A stretch of 64,000 nt of DNA, from NCBI GenBank assembly GCA_965644315.1, contig CBFFRQ010000029.1, positions 250,548-314,547 on the forward strand, in the 5' to 3' direction. The position numbers and the translations under genes were made by a program. The notes beneath the pieces are model-generated. The model did no database searches. It saw nothing but the letters and a program-made list of their open reading frames with translations, and was not told the DNA's origin. Shown one piece after another: positions 57,363-64,000 of the stretch. The first letter of the stretch is position 1. Every line of letters begins with the position of its first letter. This DNA comes from Caecitellus pseudoparvulus (Eukaryota; Protista; Bigyra: Bicosoecida).

Positions 57363-58194
57363 ATGTGGGTGTGCTTGGGGCGTCCAGCTGCGGGGGAGCG
57401 TGTCAAACACCCGCCGACTCCCGCTCTGCGCAGGTGAAGGGGCTGATAGAGCAAGCTCGGCTGCAGTACAAGTGCGTTGGCGTGCAGGTGCAGTGCAGGA
57501 GGCTTGCGCAATTACCGCAAGTGTGCGGCGCTTGCGCAGGTCCCAGGCGCTGGAGGCGATTGCGAAGGCCAAGGCAGACACCAAGCGAGCCATGCAGGCG
57601 GAGCTGGATGCAGCGAGGGCCTCTGCGACGGCGCAGATCGCTGCCCTTCGGCACCAGCTGGCGAACGAGCGGCAGCGTGGGGATGTGATGCTGAAGCGGT
57701 CCCTGGAGGCGTTGGTTGAGCAGCTGAAGGAGGCGGCGAGTGCGGGCAAGCACAGCTCTGGCTCACGCCCTGCTCAGTGGAACGGCGCTGCGCTGTTGAA
57801 GGTGGTGCGGTCCTGCGCCAATGCGGTGTACAGCCAGCTGAACTCTGCGGGGGGCGGGCAAGTGCAGGACAGCACCCTGGGCGCCGAGGACGCCAAGCGG
57901 CTGGGGCTGCGGGGCAAGGGCGTGACGATGCTGGGGGGAGGGATGGCGTCTGTCCCTGCCTCGGCGGCTGCGGAGCTGCTGGGGGAGGGGGCGGGGTCGT
58001 CGCCGTGGCCGCCTTGCCCCGGCAGTCTGAAAGATGCAAATGTGCTGGGTAGGTTTGCTAGCCGAGCTCACAGCCTGCAAGGAGTGCGGGGGAGACACCA
58101 GGAAAGTGTGATCGAGCTTGGTTTGTGTATTGAAAGCTGCTCACGAGTTTCGCTGGTTTGTTTCCGCTGTCACTTGGGCACGTCATACAGATAG
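57363..58194 (+). pseudogene. Coiled-coil gene remnant, copy 2 (likely 5'-truncated at the array junction)
   Basis: Near-identical to 51373-52204; shared upstream sequence stops at 57030, directly after the GTPase B stop. Confidence 0.35.
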
Positions 58195-58204
58195 CCGGCG
58201 CGTG

Positions 58205-60313
58205 CTACTCGAAGTAGAAGAAGGGGCCCATCGACGGGAATCCGCCCATTCCGCCCATCATGGGATGCCCCATCGGGACAACCACGGCATGTCCGCCCAT
58301 GCCCGCCCCGTGCAGAACAAGAGGGTGTCCGCCCATCCCCACCGCCATTGGGAGGCCCAAGTGAACCACGCCACCGCGCTCCCGCCTTCGGTTACGCAGT
58401 TGACGTACTTCTTCTTGGTGCCTGCGTTCTTGGGCTGCTTTCAGCCGCTCTTGCTCTTCTTGTTCACGCTTGTTTCGCTCGCGGATTTCAGCAAGCTCTT
58501 TCCTTCGCCGGGCATCTGCTTCAGCCTGCTTGATTGCCTTCGCCGCCTCGGCTGCTCGTGTCTCTGCGCTTTCCAGAGCTTCCATGCACCGGGTATGGTC
58601 TCGCGAGACTGCTGAAGCTGCTTGGCTAAGGGCAGTTCTGACAGCAGCCTCTGACGCCTGCCAAACTGCTCGCAGGAAGGGCTGCTCGAGGGAGGCGTGC
58701 TGAGCCCAGGTGGGCACCTCCACACTTGGGATGCTTTGGCCATCAACACTGACAGTGTGCACGCCAAGGGAGGACAAGCGCCGACCCAAGGACTGCTTGA
58801 CCCACGCGGGAGCGACGCATTTGCTGCGGATTGGCAGCTCATGTCCGCCTCCAGTGCACCATGGGTTCGGATCGCCTGCCGCTCCGGGGTGAGTGGCAAA
58901 TCGAAGCTGCTGAATGTCCCGTGTCAAGCGTTTCAGGCGCTGTTGCGCCTTTGAGACAGCTGCAGATGCTTTGTGTTGAACTTCGGCTTTCGCAACTTCC
59001 GAATAGTGAGCAGTTTGCTCTCGGACGGCTTGCGAGATGAGTGCCCAGGCGTACTCTGATGCGGCTGATCTCATGCGCTGGCACCCCGCTGGGGAACCAG
59101 TCACCATTTTGTGCAAATGTGTGACTCGGTCGCAGACACCTTGGGTCGGTGTTGCCATCACCAACAAGGCATGGATGCCTTCGAAGGTATCCATGAATGG
59201 GCAAGTTGTGCTGCCCTGCAAGGCCTTTGTGATGCTCTGTCTGCCCGGTTCTGCAACAGCAGCACGGCGAAGCAGGACATGCGCAGGGTATTCTTGTGCA
59301 AGACAGGTAAGTTCGACGAGTTTTTGTTCTAGCTCAATACAGGCGTGCTCAAGTCGGGCTTGGGCAGCAGCTTCCTTCAGAACCTCCCCAAGGCTTTTTG
59401 AGCAGTGCTGTCCACTCCTTCGCCATGTTCGAACTGCCTGGGCGAATGCTTGCATGAGACCACCAACTTGGCTGGCTGATATACTGTCCCAGAGACCATC
59501 TCCATCTGAGTCGGCCTGGGCACACGCACCAATGGTGGTGCGAAACGAAACCCAAGGCCCCTTGTCAAGGCTGGCTTCCCTCAGGTCTGGGAGTGTCCAC
59601 AACCTCACGCTGCTGAAGACTTGAGAAGCGTGCAGCCTGATTTGGTTTCGCTGTTTCGCTGATGGGGATTGTGCAGCCTCCAAGTTCAACACGCGGTCAG
59701 AGAGGCTCCGGTCTGAGCCTGTTGCACCAGCTCCTGAAAAACGGTAGTCTCTTAGCACAATGTGCAGGTGTCCCAGCTGTCCTCCGAAGCCTGTCAAGTG
59801 TGCAACTTCGGCTGTTGACTCGAGCAAGTAGCTCACCTGCTTCAGGATGTGATCCCGTCCGACACTGGTGCAGTTTAGGATGATATTGGAGCACAGCGGC
59901 AGGAGAGGCACAACTAACGTCCAGTCATGGTCGTCACCATTGTTTCCCCAGCCCTCGAGGTCGAGGAGCGCTGTTGCCCGGCTTCCCTCAGTTTTAGGTT
60001 TGCACACACGGCAGCCTTTGGTGCAGCTTTCCGCCGAGTGCCCAACAGTGAAGGGGCCAGACATGGAGCCTGTGTGGAGGAAGTTGAGGAGGGAGGACTT
60101 GCCGCTGCGCATGTCTCCGATTGCGCACGTCAGCCCAAGCCGCGTTTCAGGATCTGAGCTGCCCTGCAGGAGTTGGACACCCGCCTCATGCGTCTCGGGG
60201 TCTCCAGCTTCGTTGACAGACATGAGGAGTACGTCAGCTTCTGGAGCCTCGCAGCGTCTCCATGTGCCATCCACACTCGCCCATTTCATGCTTCGTGGGG
60301 ACTCCGCGGCCAT
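58205..60313 (-). CDS. GBP/atlastin-class GTPase A, copy 2
   Basis: Same as copy 1 except M->T (PEMHE/PETHE) and a silent change. Confidence 0.88.
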   Translation of the reverse strand: MAAESPRSMKWASVDGTWRRCEAPEADVLLMSVNEAGDPETHEAGVQLLQGSSDPETRLGLTCAIGDMRSGKSSLLNFLHTGSMSGPFTVGHSAESCTKGCRVCKPKTEGSRATALLDLEGWGNNGDDHDWTLVVPLLPLCSNIILNCTSVGRDHILKQVSYLLESTAEVAHLTGFGGQLGHLHIVLRDYRFSGAGATGSDRSLSDRVLNLEAAQSPSAKQRNQIRLHASQVFSSVRLWTLPDLREASLDKGPWVSFRTTIGACAQADSDGDGLWDSISASQVGGLMQAFAQAVRTWRRSGQHCSKSLGEVLKEAAAQARLEHACIELEQKLVELTCLAQEYPAHVLLRRAAVAEPGRQSITKALQGSTTCPFMDTFEGIHALLVMATPTQGVCDRVTHLHKMVTGSPAGCQRMRSAASEYAWALISQAVREQTAHYSEVAKAEVQHKASAAVSKAQQRLKRLTRDIQQLRFATHPGAAGDPNPWCTGGGHELPIRSKCVAPAWVKQSLGRRLSSLGVHTVSVDGQSIPSVEVPTWAQHASLEQPFLRAVWQASEAAVRTALSQAASAVSRDHTRCMEALESAETRAAEAAKAIKQAEADARRRKELAEIRERNKREQEEQERLKAAQERRHQEEVRQLRNRRRERGGVVHLGLPMAVGMGGHPLVLHGAGMGGHAVVVPMGHPMMGGMGGFPSMGPFFYFE

Positions 60314-60713
60314 TCTGCAGTTCTCCTCGCTTCCGGCAACTGGTCGTGCTATCAAGTCTCTTGAACTTCTTTCGAAACGCACGCCAGCCCAAAGCTGCCT
60401 ATGCGTTGGAAACACAAGTAACAGGCAGCGCATTGTTGGCAGTTAGATTTGGACGGTGGAGGTTGTTGTGTGCTTGCATCCTGTCAGCCTGAATGACATC
60501 TTTCCAGCTGGCATTGCCGGCAACTTGCAGTTGGACCCCCCCTGCTCTGAGGGGGCAGGGGGGTGCGTTGGGCACACCATCCCACAGCAGCTTCTGTGTA
60601 TCACACAACCCATTCATCTGGACATCTCGGATTCGAAGAATACCGGCCATCTACGCTGCATCCCCAGTCCTACAATCGCGCGTGATCCAGCTCATTTTTT
60701 CTCCCCGGTCCAC

Positions 60714-63020
60714 ATGGCTTCAGCTACGGAAACCACTCGCGCTAGTGCAGGTGGTGCAAGTGCCGATGAAGTTTCACCCATGGCTGTGAAAGTCATGCAC
60801 GTGGATGAAGCAAGAGCAGTACCCGTTGTCAACATTGACGCATTGAAGCGCTGCGACTTCTCACTCCGGGAGTGCGTCAACATTGTGTCGATCTTTGGCC
60901 CTCTCCGCTCTGGGAAGAGCACAATGCTCACACGCCTCGTTGGAATGGAGACGATTTTGGACTTCAAGGATACAGAGGAGGGCATGCACGCCTCTCCGCT
61001 GTTTGTTGTGAAGCATGACTCCAAGCCCTGCACCGTGGGAGTTGACATGGCAACTGAGCGTTTCTCGGTCGCGGAGGTGATGAGCACCAAGTCAAAGCTG
61101 AGTCCTGATGCTGCAGCTGCCGCTCCACAAGTCGCCCTCATGGACGTTGAGGGTGCGGGTGACAAGGGGGATGACTATGACCTTACGTTGATCACCCCGA
61201 TTCTCCCCGTGTCAAAGGTGGTTCTTTGGCGGGTCACATGGGCGGGTCGTGATAAATTGTTGCAGGAGCTGGAGGTGTTTCGTCAGGCTGCTGAGAGCCT
61301 CAAGCCTGTCGAAGAGGACGAAGTACCTTTGCCAGACAAACCGCCCTTTGGCCATCTTGTCATTGTTGTCAGAGATGCCAAGCATCTGGATGCTGCCACA
61401 ACGTCTGCTGGAGCAACCATATCCGAACAGATCCTGGACAGGGAGCGTGTTCGGCCTACGGCATCAAACAGGAAAAGCATTGGGCAGCGCAACGAGATCA
61501 GAGCTGCACTGTATGACTGTTTTGCCTCTGTCACTGTGCATGCTATGGCCGATCCGTTCTCTGACTTGGAAGGGTTCGAGCAGGGCATGTGTGAGTTGCG
61601 GGATATGGTGGGTGAAAAGTTGCTGGAGCCTCACAAGCTGTTTGGTGAGGCCGACATTCTCGCGGGCGACCTCCCTGATCTGCTTACAAGCCTGGCGGAG
61701 GCAGCTGCTGAGTCTGAGATAGTGTTGAACATGCGATCAGCGGTGGACACTCTGCTCGAGAATCGAGCGCGTGTTGCTTTGTCAGAGTACGGCAGAGCTT
61801 TGGACGCGAACTCTGCCAAGCTGACGTCCACTTTGGACCCTATTGTTCAAGTGTCTGTCGTGACGCAGCAGGGGAAAGAGCCATTGGGTCTTGACTCTGC
61901 AGGGGTGAGCCTTGAATGTGTGCAGAGAGCATTGGAACTTGCGGAAGCCAGCGGGGCACAGGGTCAGGCAACGGCAGCTGGGGCAGGATTCGGGGGGGAT
62001 GGAGCAACTGACTCTTGGCTTGATCTCCTGCTGGGCATATCTACCGACTACTGTGAGGCTTTGCAGTTGTTCAGCGCCACGATGGAGAAACTACACTTGT
62101 CAGCGGTGCGAGAATCCTTGACGAAGTTTAAGGGTCAACTTGAAGCAGCAGCTCGCCACAATGCTTTGCATAAGGCATCGGAAGCTCTGTATGCACTGCA
62201 AAGCAACATGCAGACGTGGGCCCGCAGGGATGCCACGTCATCGACTCTGGGCATTCGAGCCCAGTTATTTCAGCAAGTGCCTGCTGCTGCGGCCGAGTGC
62301 GGCGGCCACGCTCTGGACGCGCAGACCATGTGGCATGAAGCTCCTGGGACAGCAACAATATTGGAGGATGTGCTTGGAGGCAGGGGCTCGTCTTCGCACC
62401 TTGCTCTTCCGTCTTGCCTGCAACTGCTGCCACCTGCAAGCAGGGCAAAGTTGACCGACACGCTGCAAGACATTGTTGCCCAGTTGGAGGCGGAAGCAGT
62501 GGCAGCTTTGGAGCAGCGGTGCGCCGCAGAAGCAGCTTCTCTGTCTGCTCAAGAGCGCCAGCGTCGTGTGGAGGAGTTGGAGGAGAAGGCGGCTGCTGCT
62601 GATGCTGCTCACCGCGAGGAGATGCGCCGCATGCTGGAGGAGCAGAAGCAGGCAAGCGAAAAGATGCGAGCAGAGCAGCAAGAGAGAGATGCTCAGCATG
62701 AGAAGAAGATGAAAGAATTGCAAGCAGAGTTGTTGCAGCAGCAACGACAGGCACAGGCACAGATGCAGCAGCTTGCCCAGTCCATCGCTTTCTCTGGTGG
62801 GGGCGGGGGGGGCGGGGGATTCGGTCCGATGCCGCCCGGTCCGATGCCGCCCGGTCCGATGCCACCCGGTCCATCATCAGGTGGGCCGATGGAGCGTGTT
62901 ATTTATTCGCCCCCGCGAAGGGTGAACCCGTGGAATGAGTTCCAGAAGGCCAACGTAGGCCGAAAATGGTCTCCGTCTCAAATGTCCCGTGCCTATAAAC
63001 GATTCAAGGGAGGGCGATGA
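60714..63020 (+). CDS. GBP/atlastin-class GTPase B, copy 2
   Basis: Same motifs as copy 1 with 8 amino-acid differences; ATG 60714 corresponds to 54723. Confidence 0.9.
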   Translation: MASATETTRASAGGASADEVSPMAVKVMHVDEARAVPVVNIDALKRCDFSLRECVNIVSIFGPLRSGKSTMLTRLVGMETILDFKDTEEGMHASPLFVVKHDSKPCTVGVDMATERFSVAEVMSTKSKLSPDAAAAAPQVALMDVEGAGDKGDDYDLTLITPILPVSKVVLWRVTWAGRDKLLQELEVFRQAAESLKPVEEDEVPLPDKPPFGHLVIVVRDAKHLDAATTSAGATISEQILDRERVRPTASNRKSIGQRNEIRAALYDCFASVTVHAMADPFSDLEGFEQGMCELRDMVGEKLLEPHKLFGEADILAGDLPDLLTSLAEAAAESEIVLNMRSAVDTLLENRARVALSEYGRALDANSAKLTSTLDPIVQVSVVTQQGKEPLGLDSAGVSLECVQRALELAEASGAQGQATAAGAGFGGDGATDSWLDLLLGISTDYCEALQLFSATMEKLHLSAVRESLTKFKGQLEAAARHNALHKASEALYALQSNMQTWARRDATSSTLGIRAQLFQQVPAAAAECGGHALDAQTMWHEAPGTATILEDVLGGRGSSSHLALPSCLQLLPPASRAKLTDTLQDIVAQLEAEAVAALEQRCAAEAASLSAQERQRRVEELEEKAAAADAAHREEMRRMLEEQKQASEKMRAEQQERDAQHEKKMKELQAELLQQQRQAQAQMQQLAQSIAFSGGGGGGGGFGPMPPGPMPPGPMPPGPSSGGPMERVIYSPPRRVNPWNEFQKANVGRKWSPSQMSRAYKRFKGGR

Positions 63021-63353
63021 CTCAAGGCGGACTCCCGACCCTCCCAGAGCCCCCCACTCCAGAATGTAGCACTGCTCCGCTTGTGGGCGCGTTTCCAAGG
63101 CACATCCCTTGGGACCAGAGCCTTCCCAAGCACACCTTGACAGAGCCGTCCCCCTTCACAAATCCCCCCCCACCACCTACGTGCGTGCAGGTGCACACGG
63201 CCCACTGTGTCTGGACAGGGCGCCAGCGGGATCTTATCGCCAGGCGTCACTTGCCTGCTGTGCGCGGCGGCAGCGGTCGTGCGTCCTTCTCGCTGGGTGG
63301 AGGGCCAGAGCGGTGGAAGACCTCGTGCGCGATGGCGGGTGAGGCTGACGACC

Positions 63354-64000
63354 ATGTGGGTGTGCTTGGGGCGTCCAGCTGCGGGGGAGCGTGTCAAACA
63401 CCCGCCGACTCCCGCTCTGCGCAGGTGAAGGGGCTGATAGAGCAAGCTCGGCTGCAGTACAAGTGCGTTGGCGTGCAGGTGCAGTGCAGGAGGCGTGCGC
63501 AATTACCGCAAGTGTGCGGCGCTTGCGCAGGTCCCAGGCGCTGGAGGCGATTGCGAAGGCCAAGGCAGACACCAAGCGAGCCATGCAGGCGGAGCTGGAT
63601 GCAGCGAGGGCCTCTGCGACGGCGCAGATCGCTGCCCTTCGGCACCAGCTGGCGAACGAGCGGCAGCGTGGGGATGTGATGCTGAAGCGGTCCCTGGAGG
63701 CGTTGGTAGAGCAGCTGAAGGAGGCGGCGAGTGCGGGCAAGCACAGCTCTGGCTCACGCCCTGCTCAGTGGAACGGCGCTGCGCTGTTGAAGGTGGTGCG
63801 GTCCTGCGCCAATGCGGTGTACAGCCAGCTGAACTCTGCGGGGGGCGGGCAGGTGCAGGACAGCACCCTGGGCGCCGAGGACGCCAAGCGGCTGGGGCTG
63901 CGGGGCAAGGGCGTGACGATGTTGGGGGGAGGAGTGGCGTCTGTCCCTGCCTCGGCGGCTGCGGAGCTGCTGGGGGAGGGGGCGGGGTCGTCGCCGTGGC
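63354..64000 (+). pseudogene. Coiled-coil gene remnant, copy 3 (runs off window)
   Basis: Third occurrence of the same sequence. Confidence 0.35.

Larger units (their letters stand above)
51044..64000. repeat. Tandem array of a ~5990-bp unit (copy 1 ~51044-57029, copy 2 57030-63020, copy 3 partial from 63021)
   Basis: ORF sets recur at +5990/+5991 offsets; near-identical sequence from ~51400 onward, visibly more diverged over 51044-51400. Confidence 0.97.

Noticed and set aside
60456-60713. 86-aa N-terminal extension of GTPase B copy 2 (854-aa ORF)
   Set aside because: Arises only from one extra G in a G-run (~60558-60563) relative to copy 1 and starts at GTG; probably non-coding or a homopolymer error.
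51044-64000. Repeat unit as a transposon, LTR element or endogenous virophage/Polinton
   Set aside because: No transposase, integrase, RT, capsid or packaging ATPase motifs and no terminal repeats seen; the P-loops are GBP-type GTPases.
1-64000. tRNA, rRNA, CRISPR arrays, telomeric repeats, alternative genetic code
   Set aside because: None recognised by eye; conserved proteins translate cleanly with the standard code and end at TGA/TAA/TAG.

Overview
GC-rich, gene-dense nuclear DNA from a eukaryote with short spliceosomal introns (donors mostly GTGCGT/GTGAGT, C-rich acceptors ending CAG). Two axonemal dynein assembly factors imply a flagellated cell; a heterotrophic stramenopile-like protist is my guess, by inference only. 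Bases 1-42.7 kb hold about 20 tightly packed, mostly housekeeping genes: a multi-RRM protein, PP2A-B56, DCAF11-like WD40, DNAAF1, TmcB/C-like, a metallophosphoesterase, TRPC4AP-like, Tim44+WW, a GDP-fucose transporter, CCDC103, QDPR, MYG1, GH31, UBL5/Hub1, a TEY MAPK and MAM33. They include two divergent paralogous intermediate-filament-like genes with short rods and no lamin tail domain or CaaX. After ~42.9 kb the GC content drops. This part has a ~2170-aa integrin-alpha(FG-GAP)/cadherin hybrid surface protein, then a ~5.99-kb tandem array (2 full copies plus a partial one). Each unit carries a head-to-head pair of intron-less, divergent GBP/atlastin-class GTPases with unusual C-terminal tails, a candidate amplified cell-autonomous defence module. 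Other notable signals: a GC-AG intron with a yeast-SRC1-like overlapping donor in the Hub1 gene itself, a strand-specific AATGCA motif just downstream of most stop codons (candidate poly(A) signal), a recurrent GCGGAAATTGC motif, and a 10-nt MAPK microexon. All exon structures were inferred by hand from splice signals and reading frame.
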